A stretch of DNA of 64,000 nt from Bacteroidales bacterium. Its GTDB lineage: Bacteria > Bacteroidota > Bacteroidia > Bacteroidales > WCHB1-69. Location of the stretch: the NCBI GenBank assembly GCA_045616665.1, contig JAZLHE010000057.1, positions 1,898-65,897 on the forward strand. Direction: 5' to 3'. The translations under genes and the position numbers were made by a program. Shown one piece after another: positions 7,280 to 17,616 of the stretch. Within the stretch, counting starts at the first letter, position 1. Each line of letters opens with the position of its first letter. Below the pieces are notes generated by a model, which saw only the letters and a program-made list of their open reading frames with translations, was not told the DNA's origin and did not search any database.

Positions 7280-8482
7280 TTACTCCAGCATCATTTTGGC
7301 ACGGCAGACGGCTTCGTACAGACTGTCGATTTCCTCTTTGGTGTTGTATAGGGCGAAGGAGGCGCGCACGGTTCCGGGAATGCCGAAGTGGTCCATAATG
7401 GGTTGGGTGCAGTGGTGCCCTGTACGCACGGCAATGCCCAATTTGTCGATGATGGCACCGATGTCTGACGGATGAATGTTGCCAATATTGAAGGAAATAA
7501 TGGCCGCCTTTTGTGCCGAAGTGCCATAGATTTTCAACCCTTGAATGGAAAAAAGTCGTTCCGTGGCGTACGACAGCAGTTCGTGTTCGTATTGGGCAAT
7601 GTTTTCAATTCCGATTTGCAAAATGTACTCAATGGCGCTTCGGAGTCCCATCACGTCGCCCACGCTGGGCGTTCCCGCTTCAAACTTGAAAGGGAGGTCG
7701 TTGTAAGTGGTTTTGGCGAAAGTAACCTGCTTGATCATCTCGCCGCCGCCCTGGTAAGGTTTCATTTGGTTGAGCCATTCCTCTTTGCCGTACATCACGC
7801 CAATGCCCATTGGCGCATACATTTTATGTCCTGAAAAGCAGTAAAAATCACAATCAAGGTCTTGAACATCTACTTTGCAGTGCGAAACGGCCTGGGCTCC
7901 GTCAACGAGTACGGGAATATGATGTTGGTGAGCCATCTCGATGACTTTCTTCACGGGATTGATAGTGCCGAGTGTGTTGGAAACGTGACTAATAGCAACG
8001 ATTTTGGTCTTATCGGATAGGAGCTCTGACATTTTATCTAAGCAGAGTTCGCCATTTTCGTCAAAAGGAATCACTTTCAATATACAACCCCGATCTTCAC
8101 ACAAAAACTGCCAAGGCACGATGTTGGCGTGATGTTCCATTTCGCTGATGACGATTTCGTCGCCTTCGTGCAAGAAAGTCCGACCAAAGGAAGAGGCCAC
8201 CAAGTTGATGGAATCAGTAGCGCCGCGAGTGAAAATCACTTCGTAGTGATGCTTGGCATTGATGAATTGCCGAACGCTCTCGCGAGCCACTTCAAATTCG
8301 TCGGTGGCTTTTTGGCTGAGGTAATGCACGCCGCGATGAATGTTGCTGTTGATTTGCGTATAGTAGTTGTTGAGGGCGTCAATCACTACCTGCGGTTTCT
8401 GCGTTGTGGCAGCATTGTCCAAATATACCAAAGGATGTTTGTATATTTGTTGATTTAGAATGCAAAAATCTTCTCTATTCAT
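7280..8482 (-). CDS. sufS: Cysteine desulfurase, SufS-type (class V aminotransferase)
   Basis: Motifs seen: VYLDNAATTQKP, SGHKMYAPMGIGVMYG (PLP lysine) and RTGHHCTQP (active-site Cys loop). I trimmed the start to ATG 8482 (MNREDF). It overlaps the upstream stop as ATGAATAG. Confidence 0.9.
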   Translation of the reverse strand: MNREDFCILNQQIYKHPLVYLDNAATTQKPQVVIDALNNYYTQINSNIHRGVHYLSQKATDEFEVARESVRQFINAKHHYEVIFTRGATDSINLVASSFGRTFLHEGDEIVISEMEHHANIVPWQFLCEDRGCILKVIPFDENGELCLDKMSELLSDKTKIVAISHVSNTLGTINPVKKVIEMAHQHHIPVLVDGAQAVSHCKVDVQDLDCDFYCFSGHKMYAPMGIGVMYGKEEWLNQMKPYQGGGEMIKQVTFAKTTYNDLPFKFEAGTPSVGDVMGLRSAIEYILQIGIENIAQYEHELLSYATERLFSIQGLKIYGTSAQKAAIISFNIGNIHPSDIGAIIDKLGIAVRTGHHCTQPIMDHFGIPGTVRASFALYNTKEEIDSLYEAVCRAKMMLE

Positions 8483-8990
8483 CGTCTTCTTCGTCTTGAT
8501 TATCAGTTGTTTCTTCGTAATCTGTGTAGGAGTTATTGTTTTTGTTGAACAAGGCATCCTTGAGCAGCATGCCGTATAAAACGATAATGATTACAGTGGT
8601 GAAGATGGCAAATCCGTTCATTGTCAAGGCGCCCTTAATGACGAGGTTGCACATAACGAATAATGCGATTTGGGCGATGGTATATAAATGAAAGCCGACT
8701 TTGTTGAGTTTCAGCATCAAGGCTGCTCCGATAATGGCCAAGGCGTAGCACAATGATAAAAGCAAGTATTGCCAAGAGGGAACTTCAAGCATTTGTTCAA
8801 TTTGGCCGATCACTTCCTGCGGCATTCCCATTGATTTGTATGTTTCAAGGGCTATCGGCATATAGCTGGCAGAAAAGGAAAGGGTAAAATAAGTCAAAAA
8901 GGAAAATCCTGAACCGATGAAAGTTAAGATGGCCAAAATTAAGAGCCAGGGGGATCTTTGCGGTCTTTCGTTTTCTTTAAATGGATTCAT
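8475..8990 (-). CDS. Small integral membrane protein with acidic C-terminal tail, function unknown
   Basis: 171 aa. I see about 4 hydrophobic helices and the tail YTDYEETTDNQDEEDDE. It is translationally coupled between tilS and sufS. Confidence 0.55.
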   Translation of the reverse strand: MNPFKENERPQRSPWLLILAILTFIGSGFSFLTYFTLSFSASYMPIALETYKSMGMPQEVIGQIEQMLEVPSWQYLLLSLCYALAIIGAALMLKLNKVGFHLYTIAQIALFVMCNLVIKGALTMNGFAIFTTVIIIVLYGMLLKDALFNKNNNSYTDYEETTDNQDEEDDE

Positions 8991-10296
8991 TGTATTTTAT
9001 TTTTATGTAATTAGTAGTTTTATGGTCGATTTTGAAGCGGTCGTCACTACGGAAGCCTACCACCCAAATTATTTTTTCTCCATCGCATAGCAGCCATATT
9101 TTGTCTTTTTTCAGAATGTCGATTTTTTGATTGGTGAAAAAATCGCTGATTTTTTTGCTTCCTTTCATTCCGAAGGGAAAGAAAACATCGCCTGGTTTCC
9201 AGTGTCGAAGGACAAGTGGAAAAGTTATTTTTGTTTCATCAACATAGATAATGTTGGGATTGTTTTCGAATATAGGTTTTTGACTGATAGAACATTGGCA
9301 AGTTTGAAATCCGTACCGACTTAACTCTTCCCAGGAATTAATTGTTATTGAATGATGAATATTTGAATTTAAATGACTAATAATCAAATTATTCCTGTCT
9401 TTAACCAGAATATGGGTCGGTGAAAGGAATTTTTTGCCGGACAAGCCCTGTTCGCAGTGAATAATTTGCCTTACAGTATCTTCATTAAAGTTATATTCGC
9501 GAAGTATTTCGTTCAAAATCAATACTTTATCGTCCAACAAAGATAATTTTTCTATCGGAATGATAATTTCATTGCCTTGAATTTGGATCAAATCCGCGTT
9601 AATTTTGTCAAGTTGGTGTTGATAGAATTGGTATTGACGCTGAAGGAGTTGGATATTATGGGAGAAAGTTTGAATGAGTTGAGGATTGACTTCTTCCAAT
9701 TTAGGAATGACAGACAGTCTGACTTTATTGCGGTGGAATGTGTCGGAGAAATTGCTGCTGTCGTTACGAAAGGCGATGTTTTTTTCAGTGGCGAACTGCC
9801 GAATTTGTCGGGCGGAAAAGGGTAGGAGCGGGCGGAGGATTTTTCCGTTTTTTTCAGGAATTCCGCATAGACCTTTTAATCCGGTTCCGCGTGACAAATT
9901 GAGGAGAACGGTTTCGGCATTGTCGTTGGCGTGGTGTGCGGTAACGAGGTAGTCGTAGTCGGAGCCGATTTCCTGAAACCAGGCGTATCTGAGGTTTCTT
10001 GCCACCATTTCTATGGACTCGCCTGTTTTTTCTTGTTCTTCGATGGTGTTGAATTCTTTCTCAAAGTAAGTTACACCATAAGTTTTTGCCATTTTCCTGA
10101 CGAACACCATATCTTGATTGGATTCTTCTCCGCGGAGATGAAAATTGCAGTGGGCGATGGCAAAATGGAGTCGGCAATGGGCGAATAAATAGGCCAATAC
10201 GGAAGAATCTGCACCTCCACTTACTGCGAGCAAGAAAGTTTTGGATGGTGCGGTTTCAACTAATTCGCTGATATGCCGTTTGAATAACTCTTCCAT
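8977..10296 (-). CDS. tilS: tRNA(Ile)-lysidine synthetase
   Basis: 439 aa. PP-loop AVSGGADSSVLAYL is present, together with the family-typical length and C-terminal domain. Confidence 0.9.
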   Translation of the reverse strand: MEELFKRHISELVETAPSKTFLLAVSGGADSSVLAYLFAHCRLHFAIAHCNFHLRGEESNQDMVFVRKMAKTYGVTYFEKEFNTIEEQEKTGESIEMVARNLRYAWFQEIGSDYDYLVTAHHANDNAETVLLNLSRGTGLKGLCGIPEKNGKILRPLLPFSARQIRQFATEKNIAFRNDSSNFSDTFHRNKVRLSVIPKLEEVNPQLIQTFSHNIQLLQRQYQFYQHQLDKINADLIQIQGNEIIIPIEKLSLLDDKVLILNEILREYNFNEDTVRQIIHCEQGLSGKKFLSPTHILVKDRNNLIISHLNSNIHHSITINSWEELSRYGFQTCQCSISQKPIFENNPNIIYVDETKITFPLVLRHWKPGDVFFPFGMKGSKKISDFFTNQKIDILKKDKIWLLCDGEKIIWVVGFRSDDRFKIDHKTTNYIKIKYNESI

Positions 10297-10336
10297 AATA
10301 CGGCTACAAAATTACAAAATTATCTGCTTGATGAAT

Positions 10337-10374
10337 AAAAAAAGGATGACTAAAACTTCAGCCATCCTTTTTTT
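10337..10374 (-). terminator. Bidirectional-looking hairpin terminator downstream of nrdJ
   Basis: AAAAAAAGGATG..loop..CATCCTTTTTTT. The A-run gives a U-run on the minus strand. Confidence 0.55.
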
Positions 10375-10403
10375 CATTAACCCTAATACAAATTATGAAA
10401 TCA

Positions 10404-13136
10404 TCAGGAGCCACATTTTGAGTAACCGCAGTTAGAGCAGCAAAGGCAGCCTTCCTTGAATTCCATCGTGTTTTCCTGTCCGCATTTAGGACAGATGGCA
10501 CCCTTGGCCTTTGTTCCGTCTTTAATGAATTTTTTCAAGGCACGGATTACGCCGTTTTTCCAAGAGTTGATGGATTCTTCTCTAAAGTTCAGTCCTGAGA
10601 TGATATTGATAATGCTTTCCATAGGAATTTCGTGTCTTAACAAGGCAGAAATCATTTTAGCATAGTTCCAAAATTCTGGATTAAAAGTACGGGACAAACC
10701 TGCCATAAGAACTTCATAACCATCTTTATCGTAGTATTGGAAGTCGTATGTCTTTGTTCCGTCTTCGTGACGTCTTTTGATGATGTTTCCGTTTTCAACC
10801 CATTTAGGAATCACGAAGCGGTCGTTTTCGGTTTTACCGGTAAAGATTTCGTAAGGGCGATTGTCACGCAAGCCGACGAAGGCGATCCAGTCTTCGCTGT
10901 TGTTTTTGAATCTGACGATTTCGGCGGGCAATACGGTTGGACGTTTGTAGTTTTTAGGCTTTTCGCTTGGTTTATTTTCGCTTTTTTTGTCTGAAATGGT
11001 ATTGAGGACGCCATCACGAGAACCTTCGCGATAAACCGTCATACCTTTGCACCCCACTTCCCAAGCTTTAACGTATAAACCGGCTACGGTTTCCTCACTG
11101 GTATTTTCAGGGAGGTTGATGGTAACGGAAATGGAGTGATCTACCCATTTTTGTACGGCCCCCTGCAGTTCAACCTTTTTGAGGTAATCGGTGTCGGCGG
11201 CGGTAGATTTGTAGTAAGGAGACTTTTGTACCAAAGTCATAATGTCATCTTTGCTCATTGATGTCAATTGTTCTTTGCTGATACCTTGAACGGCAGCCCA
11301 ATCAATGAATTTCGGATGGAATACCATATATTCTTCAAAGAGGTCACCCACCACGTCGTGAACCGTTTTACGTTGGTTCATATCGTTGGGGTTGACTTTT
11401 CTTCTTCTCATATAAACCACGTTGAATGCGGGTTCGATACCGGAAGTGGTTTGAGTACAGATACTTACGCTTCCAGTAGGAGCGATGGTGAGCAAAGCGA
11501 TATTTCTACGGCCGTAACGAATCATATCTTCGTAAAGTTTGCCGTCGGCTTCTTTTAAGCGCAGTACGAAAGGATTGTGGCTTTCCTTAATGCAACTGTA
11601 AACAGGAAAAGCACCTCTTTCGCGAGCCATCGTTACGGAAGAACGGTAGGCAGCCAAAGCCAGTTGTTTGTGGACTTCGGTAGAGAAGGCATTGCCGTGT
11701 TCGGAACCGTATTGAATGTTGAGGGCGGCCAGCATATCGCCTTCAGCGGTGATGCCGAGACCGGTGCGGCGGCCTTTCAAGGATTGGCGTTTGATTTTAT
11801 TCCATAATTCCAATTCCACGCGTTTTACTTCATCGGTTTCGGGATCGCTTTTAACCTTTTCGATGATTTTGTCGATTTTTTCCAATTCCAAATCGATAAT
11901 GTCGTCCATAAGGCGTTGGGCATATTGGACGTGCTGTCTGAAGCGGGGCATATTGAAACTTGCCTGTTCGGTGAAAGGATTGTCCACGTAGCTGTACAGG
12001 TTCATGGCAATGAGTCGGCAGCTGTCGTAAGGGCAGAGTGGAATTTCACCGCAGGGATTGGTGGAAACGGTTTTGAATCCTTCGTCTGCATAGCAATCTG
12101 GAATGGCTTCTTTATGAATGGTATCCCAGAAAAGAACACCAGGTTCAGCCGATTTCCAAGCATTGTGGGTGATTTTCTGCCACAATTTGGAAGCATCAAT
12201 TTCCTGTTTGAATTTTGGATTAGGAGAATCGATAGGGTATTGTTGGACGTAAGGTTTGCCGCTTTTCACGCATTCCATAAATTCGTCATCGATTTTTACG
12301 GAAACATTGGCTCCGGTGATTTTGCCTTCTGTCATTTTGGCGTCGATGAATTTTTCTGCGTCTGGGTGTTTGATGGAGATAGAGAGCATCAAGGCACCGC
12401 GGCGACCGTCCTGAGCCACTTCGCGGGTCGAGTTGGAATATCTTTCCATAAAGGGCACCACGCCTGTGGAGGAGATGGCACAGTTTTGCACTTTGCTTCC
12501 CGAAGGACGGATGTGTGACAAGTCGTGTCCCACGCCACCACGACGCTTCATAAGCTGGACTTGCTCTTCGTCCATCTTCATAATGCCACCGTATGAATCG
12601 GAACGGGCATCGTTGCCAATGACAAAGCAGTTGGACAAAGATGAGATTTGAAAGTCGTTACCGATGCCTGCCATAGGACTTCCCTGGGGAATAATATATT
12701 TGAAGTGTTCGAACAAAGAATAGATCAATTCTTCGCTCATTGGGTTTGCATATTTTTTCTCAATGCGGGCAAACTCACGTGCCAGACGACGGTGCATTTC
12801 GTCCGGATTGCTTTCCAATAATTTTCCCGCATCGTTTTTCAGTGCGTATTTGTCAATCCATACGCCTGCGGCCAATTCGTCGCCATCGAAATAGTCAACT
12901 ACTTCCGGAAAAATTTCATTTTTCTCGTAAGTGGTCATTGCGTGCTCCTCCTGAGGAGCCATAACTTCATTTTTTTCGTCAGTCATATTTTCCATAACAA
13001 GCTCCGCCAAATCATCAAATTGTATTTCGTCTAACTGATTTTCGCGAGATTTCAGCAATTCCTGTTGCTGAGAAATGTTTTGACTTTCAGTCTCCGAAAT
13101 TTTTAATTCATCAAACAGCGATAAATTTTTGTCCAT
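10404..13136 (-). CDS. nrdJ: Class II (adenosylcobalamin-dependent) ribonucleotide reductase
   Basis: 910 aa. Motifs seen: NPCGEIPL (active-site Cys loop), TIAPTGS and the C-terminal zinc ribbon CPKCGQ..CCSNCGYSKC. It has an acidic ~65-aa N-terminal extension. A -7 box lies at 13166-13173. Confidence 0.9.
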   Translation of the reverse strand: MDKNLSLFDELKISETESQNISQQQELLKSRENQLDEIQFDDLAELVMENMTDEKNEVMAPQEEHAMTTYEKNEIFPEVVDYFDGDELAAGVWIDKYALKNDAGKLLESNPDEMHRRLAREFARIEKKYANPMSEELIYSLFEHFKYIIPQGSPMAGIGNDFQISSLSNCFVIGNDARSDSYGGIMKMDEEQVQLMKRRGGVGHDLSHIRPSGSKVQNCAISSTGVVPFMERYSNSTREVAQDGRRGALMLSISIKHPDAEKFIDAKMTEGKITGANVSVKIDDEFMECVKSGKPYVQQYPIDSPNPKFKQEIDASKLWQKITHNAWKSAEPGVLFWDTIHKEAIPDCYADEGFKTVSTNPCGEIPLCPYDSCRLIAMNLYSYVDNPFTEQASFNMPRFRQHVQYAQRLMDDIIDLELEKIDKIIEKVKSDPETDEVKRVELELWNKIKRQSLKGRRTGLGITAEGDMLAALNIQYGSEHGNAFSTEVHKQLALAAYRSSVTMARERGAFPVYSCIKESHNPFVLRLKEADGKLYEDMIRYGRRNIALLTIAPTGSVSICTQTTSGIEPAFNVVYMRRRKVNPNDMNQRKTVHDVVGDLFEEYMVFHPKFIDWAAVQGISKEQLTSMSKDDIMTLVQKSPYYKSTAADTDYLKKVELQGAVQKWVDHSISVTINLPENTSEETVAGLYVKAWEVGCKGMTVYREGSRDGVLNTISDKKSENKPSEKPKNYKRPTVLPAEIVRFKNNSEDWIAFVGLRDNRPYEIFTGKTENDRFVIPKWVENGNIIKRRHEDGTKTYDFQYYDKDGYEVLMAGLSRTFNPEFWNYAKMISALLRHEIPMESIINIISGLNFREESINSWKNGVIRALKKFIKDGTKAKGAICPKCGQENTMEFKEGCLCCSNCGYSKCGS

Positions 13137-13165
13137 AGGTTCGAATAATTGAGGTTGACAATAAT

Positions 13166-13173
13166 CAAATTTA
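13166..13173 (-). promoter_or_regulatory. -7 promoter box (TAAATTTG) for nrdJ
   Basis: It lies 30 nt upstream of ATG 13136. This supports the long ORF start. Confidence 0.45.
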
Positions 13174-13472
13174 CGCCCACTTCCGCAAAATTACGCATTG
13201 TTTCTCTAAATTTTTTTTGTAATTTGTTGATAGAAAAACATTTGTGACTTTCTTTGTTGAACGAAAACTCATTTGCTAAAATAAATAGTTTCCTATAATT
13301 CTAATGTTAAAATTCACACTTATTATTAACAAAATGTAGTTAATATTTTTTGTGTTTGATTATTAGATAATTAAGAAAAAAAGTCAAAAAAAATGCCATA
13401 CTTGAATTTTTATGTTGTTTTTCTGATGAAAAAATGCGACATTTTACCGCCTGATTTTTGACCCTTAGACAT

Positions 13473-13502
13473 AAAAAAAACGACCTGGCAAAGGTCGTTT
13501 TT
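13473..13502 (-). terminator. Rho-independent terminator downstream of the T9SS protease gene
   Basis: A8-ACGACC-tggcaaa-GGTCGT-T5. The flanking A and T runs make it potentially bidirectional. Confidence 0.7.
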
Positions 13503-13528
13503 ATATAAAAAAGTTAGGGTAAAATCAG

Positions 13529-15514
13529 TTAGTTTTTCGTGAATTTCTTATATACAATATTATTATTGTCTGTAGTAATACGAATAATGTACATTGCGTT
13601 TTCCAATTGGCTGACAGGCAGAATTAAAGAATTGGCGCCGGCGTTGTTATAACTATAGACCACTTTGCCCAACATATCCACGATTTCTACTTCCTTGATG
13701 AAGTAGTTGATGGCATCAATATGAATTTGGTCGTGAGCGGGGTTAGGATAGATATTGAATTCTCTGTCGTCGATTGTGGCGATGCCTGTGCCATTAGATT
13801 CTTGTTTTACATACATATTGAAAGAGGTTCCGTCGGCCTTGGTAACGCGGAGGTTGGCCTTACGAGCGGTACCCGTGTTGTTGGCATCGCAGGTAATTTT
13901 AATGTTGCCGTTTCCGCTGCCGGATTCGTGATTGGCTGTAAACCAATCGTGTTCATTCAGGTATTCCAAAGTCCAGGCTTGATCGCAGTAAACGGAGAAA
14001 GTGAAATTGCCGCCGTTTCCTGTGAAAATCTTGGCTGCCGGTAAAATATAGAATGAGGAGTTGAGGTCAAGGACGTCGCAAGTGGTTTGTGAAAGTGGAA
14101 TAGGATCCAACCAGGGTTTTAAGCGTTTGTCATCGGTAGAACCGGCAGATTGCCAATGGTATGAAAGTTTGCCGTAATATTCGGCAGCATCGTAATTGCA
14201 TGATGAACTTCCGCCTGTCAAGGTTCCAACCACCAGGCCGTTGTTGTTGAAGATGGGTGAACCGGAAGAACCTTGTTCGGTAACGCTGTGATGTGCGGAA
14301 CCTTGGTCGTACGTGGTGGCCCATGGAACAACCCAGTATGCGTTGGAAGCACCGATTTCACCTTGAGTAATAAACGTGCCGCTGGTAAGGGTAGTGTTAT
14401 AAGTGGAGATTTTTTTGACGTCGGCGGCAGGATGGTGGATGCTGACACCCGAAGGACTACCTGTCGTACTTTTGCTCCATCCGTTCAATACAATGTCTTT
14501 AGATTTGAGAGTATTCCACGAGACATTCTTTATTTTTAATAGTAAAAAGTCGGAACCGCCATTGATAGGACTGTTGGCAATTTTGGTGCAACCATTACTG
14601 AATAATGTGTATCCGGGTTCGATATGGTAGCAGTCGCAGTATGGGCATTCGTAGTGAAAATAAAATTGAAACCAACCCCAATAGGAAGAAGGAGTGTTTT
14701 CGGCACAGTGGTTGGCTGTTAAAAAGTAGGGTGTTCCATCGCCCATCGTGTTGTTGACGATGGTACCAGAACACCATCCCGAATATTGTTGGCCACCTTC
14801 AAGAAAGTATGCAAGCATTCTTGCCACACCTTTCTGTTCTGTTCTCCAGTTGTTGCCTTCTGGGCAGTTGACATTAACCATACAGGATTGTGAAGCTTCA
14901 AAACCGGTTTCATCACTTTTGATGACCTTCATCTCTGGAAGACCTTCAGAACGGAAAAAGAAATTATAGCCGAATAATGAAATTTCCTGATGTCCGTATT
15001 GATTTAATTGATGTTTTGGAGAAATGTATTCCAAAATGACATCGCCTTTGCCAAAAACACCCGTGCTGAATTGTTCGCCTGATACATCTTCAGAAGTATA
15101 TGGACCATAAATCAATGACATATCTTCATTGTAGCAGAAAAATGTAGAACCTTCAGGTAAATAAAATTTGTCAAACAGCACGCAACATCCTTTGGCATCG
15201 CCATTGTGCAATTTCAAACGCCAAATGTCATAACCGTCGTCCGTCGTTTCCCATATTCCGGAATTTTGAGCATTCATATTTGCTAAAGGAACAACAACAC
15301 CTACACTCAAGGGCTTTCCGTCCTTGATGGATAAATCCTGGTCTTGTTTGATTTTGTCGAAGTTTGGCGTTGGCACGTCAAATTGTGGTACTGTAGCCGA
15401 AGAAAGTTGTGATACAGCACTCTGAGGAAGCTTGCCTGTATTGATTTGCGCAGATAGCGTTTGGCAGAAAGCCAATACTATGATAAACAGGCTGAATGAA
15501 ACTAATTTTTTCAT
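13529..15514 (-). CDS. Secreted trypsin-fold (S1, lysyl-endopeptidase-like) serine protease with T9SS type A C-terminal sorting domain
   Basis: Signal peptide MKKLVSFSLFIIVLAFCQTLSAQ. Catalytic His in FLTANHC and catalytic Ser in EQGSSGSPIF. The C-terminal ~80 aa (FNIYPNPAHDQIHIDA...IIRITTDNN) looks like a Por/T9SS CTD. I trimmed the start from 15667 to ATG 15514. Confidence 0.8.
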   Translation of the reverse strand: MKKLVSFSLFIIVLAFCQTLSAQINTGKLPQSAVSQLSSATVPQFDVPTPNFDKIKQDQDLSIKDGKPLSVGVVVPLANMNAQNSGIWETTDDGYDIWRLKLHNGDAKGCCVLFDKFYLPEGSTFFCYNEDMSLIYGPYTSEDVSGEQFSTGVFGKGDVILEYISPKHQLNQYGHQEISLFGYNFFFRSEGLPEMKVIKSDETGFEASQSCMVNVNCPEGNNWRTEQKGVARMLAYFLEGGQQYSGWCSGTIVNNTMGDGTPYFLTANHCAENTPSSYWGWFQFYFHYECPYCDCYHIEPGYTLFSNGCTKIANSPINGGSDFLLLKIKNVSWNTLKSKDIVLNGWSKSTTGSPSGVSIHHPAADVKKISTYNTTLTSGTFITQGEIGASNAYWVVPWATTYDQGSAHHSVTEQGSSGSPIFNNNGLVVGTLTGGSSSCNYDAAEYYGKLSYHWQSAGSTDDKRLKPWLDPIPLSQTTCDVLDLNSSFYILPAAKIFTGNGGNFTFSVYCDQAWTLEYLNEHDWFTANHESGSGNGNIKITCDANNTGTARKANLRVTKADGTSFNMYVKQESNGTGIATIDDREFNIYPNPAHDQIHIDAINYFIKEVEIVDMLGKVVYSYNNAGANSLILPVSQLENAMYIIRITTDNNNIVYKKFTKN

Positions 15515-15557
15515 AGGATGGTAATTAATTAGTGACTTTACTTTTTTTTTGAGAATG

Positions 15558-15565
15558 CAAAAGTA
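15558..15565 (-). promoter_or_regulatory. -7 promoter box (TACTTTTG) for the protease gene
   Basis: It lies 44 nt upstream of ATG 15514. Confidence 0.45.
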
Positions 15566-15618
15566 TAATTTTTTTTTGAATTTTTGACCAAGAATGGGCA
15601 AGTGAACAATTTTTTTTG

Positions 15619-15626
15619 TATTTTTG
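15619..15626 (+). promoter_or_regulatory. -7 promoter box (TATTTTTG) for rho, inside a 24-nt block repeated at 39346-39369
   Basis: tttttttgtatttttgccacgttg. It lies about 100 nt upstream of the rho ATG. A 6-bp hairpin (acgttg/caacgt) follows immediately. Confidence 0.45.
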
Positions 15627-15726
15627 CCACGTTGTTTTGTGCAACGTATAATCATTATTCGGAACAAATCACTTATGACAAAGGTGTTTGTTCTAAAATC
15701 AAAATCATCATCATTTACTTTGAGTT

Positions 15727-17538
15727 ATGGACAACTCTCTTGAAAAAAAATCTAAAAGAAAACGCATTTCTGTAGCTGGAAATGTTCCAATTGCGACTTC
15801 AAACGAGAAAAAAATCTCTTCCGGTTTGGTAACGGTTACCAAAAAGAAAAACAATAAAGCCAAAAAAGAATCGGAAAAAGAAGAAAATCTGCAGTCCATT
15901 TTTACAGAAATCACGACTGAACCTACTTTAACTGATGTTATATTTCCAAGTGTGCCGAAAGATATCCAATCTCCAATGCCGGTGGAAATTCTTGGCGCAG
16001 ACGCTCAGCAAGAGTTGCCTTTGGATGTGGATTTGATTGACGATAATGTGGGTATGCCTGAAAAAGCGAAAAAGGAAACTTCAAAAAACAAGGAAACCGC
16101 AAGTCCAAAGGTGAAGAAACCGAAACAAACCAATAAGAAAAATACGTCTTCTTCGAAAAAAGTTTCCTCTGAAATTTCAGCCATCAATGATATCTTGCTG
16201 GATGACGACTCTTTCGTTGAAGGCGAAATCAATGACGAGCTGGCCGGAACAATGCAAAGTCTGGAACTCAGGGCAGATCTGCAGCCCAAAGAGACAGTGC
16301 CATCAACCCAATCCGAAGATAAGGAAGAGGTTGCTGCCGAAGCAATATCAGAAACTGCGGAAACAAAATCCAATTCTGTTTATGAAGAACAATGGGGACT
16401 CGTGGCCGATGCCAATTTTGACGGTTCCGTTGTTTCTGAAGGTGTCTTGGAAATTAATGCGGACAATTCCTGCGGTTTTTTGCGTTCGTCAGACTATAAT
16501 TATCTATCCTCTCCTGATGATATTTATGTATCTAATTCTCAAATCAAACTCTTTGGATTAAAAAATGGTGATACAATCAAAGGCGTTATCCGACCTCCCA
16601 AAAGTGGGGAGAAGTTTTTCCCGCTTACGAAAATCGAAAAAATCAATGGTCGTAATCCGGAAGAAATTCGCGATAGAATACCGTTTGATTATTTAACGCC
16701 GATGTTTCCCAATGAAAAGATCAAGTTGACGGGACATCCCGGTGAAACATTGAGCACAAGGGTAATAGATTTGTTTGCTCCTATCGGCAAAGGTCAGCGT
16801 GGATTGATCGTGGCGCAGCCCAAGACGGGAAAAACGGTTTTGTTGAAATCCGTTGCCAATGCCATCGCAGCCAATCACCCGGAAATTTATTTGATTATTT
16901 TGTTGATTGATGAACGTCCTGAAGAAGTGACCGATATGCAGCGTAGTGTAAATGCGGAAGTCATTTCTTCTACTTTTGATGAACCTGCCGAACGCCACGT
17001 GCGCATTGCCAATATGGTGCTTGAAAAAGCGAAACGAATGGTGGAATGTGGTCACGATGTTTGTATTTTGCTGGACTCCATCACTCGTTTGGCGCGTGCG
17101 TTCAACACGATGGCTCCGGCTTCCGGCAAGGTCCTGTCTGGTGGTGTGGAAGCCAACGCCCTGCAGAAACCCAAACGTTTCTTCGGCGCGGCACGAAATA
17201 TCGAAAACGGTGGTTCCTTGACGATTATCTCAACGGCATTGATTGAAACCGGTTCCCGTATGGACGAGGTTATTTTTGAGGAATTTAAAGGTACCGGCAA
17301 TATGGAACTGCAGCTGGATAGAAAGATCTCCAACAAGAGAATCTATCCTGCCGTGGATATCGTCGCTTCAAGTACCCGTCGTGATGATTTACTGCAGTCT
17401 CAAGAAGTGATGCAGAAAGTGTGGATTTTGCGTAATCATTTGGCCGACATGACCCCTCTGGAAGCAATGACCTTCATCAGAGACAAAATGAACCTGACCA
17501 AAACTAATGAGGAATTTTTGGTATCGATGAATAGCTGA
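15727..17538 (+). CDS. rho: Transcription termination factor Rho with ~235-aa K/S/E-rich N-terminal extension
   Basis: CSD-like RNA-binding domain [15 protein letters not shown]. Walker A is AQPKTGKT and the ATPase core includes [11 protein letters not shown]. Long low-complexity Rho N-termini are known in Bacteroidota. Confidence 0.93.
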   Translation: MDNSLEKKSKRKRISVAGNVPIATSNEKKISSGLVTVTKKKNNKAKKESEKEENLQSIFTEITTEPTLTDVIFPSVPKDIQSPMPVEILGADAQQELPLDVDLIDDNVGMPEKAKKETSKNKETASPKVKKPKQTNKKNTSSSKKVSSEISAINDILLDDDSFVEGEINDELAGTMQSLELRADLQPKETVPSTQSEDKEEVAAEAISETAETKSNSVYEEQWGLVADANFDGSVVSEGVLEINADNSCGFLRSSDYNYLSSPDDIYVSNSQIKLFGLKNGDTIKGVIRPPKSGEKFFPLTKIEKINGRNPEEIRDRIPFDYLTPMFPNEKIKLTGHPGETLSTRVIDLFAPIGKGQRGLIVAQPKTGKTVLLKSVANAIAANHPEIYLIILLIDERPEEVTDMQRSVNAEVISSTFDEPAERHVRIANMVLEKAKRMVECGHDVCILLDSITRLARAFNTMAPASGKVLSGGVEANALQKPKRFFGAARNIENGGSLTIISTALIETGSRMDEVIFEEFKGTGNMELQLDRKISNKRIYPAVDIVASSTRRDDLLQSQEVMQKVWILRNHLADMTPLEAMTFIRDKMNLTKTNEEFLVSMNS

Positions 17539-17556
17539 TGCTTGAAGGTATAAGTT

Positions 17557-17594
17557 AAAAAAGGGAACATCACTGGCAGGTGTTCCCTTTTTTT
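17557..17594. terminator. Bidirectional terminator between convergent rho and gldA-like genes
   Basis: A6-GGGAACA-loop-TGTTCCC-T7. Confidence 0.75.
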
Positions 17595-17616
17595 GTATCA
17601 GAAATAAATAATATCG

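Noticed and set aside
13137-13528. Cobalamin riboswitch or NrdR boxes upstream of nrdJ
   Set aside because: I found no B12-box-like GCCACTG core or conserved riboswitch helices on the minus strand. The AT-rich partial palindromes (ACAAAA..TTTTGT) do not match the NrdR box well enough to call.
15515-15667. N-terminal extensions in track ORFs (for example 15667, 51040, 39080, 31762, 8557, 55689, 59527, 20222, 39568, 55805)
   Set aside because: The extensions overlap upstream genes or promoter boxes and often begin at non-ATG codons. They precede internal ATGs that open canonical N-termini or signal peptides. Starts were trimmed accordingly.
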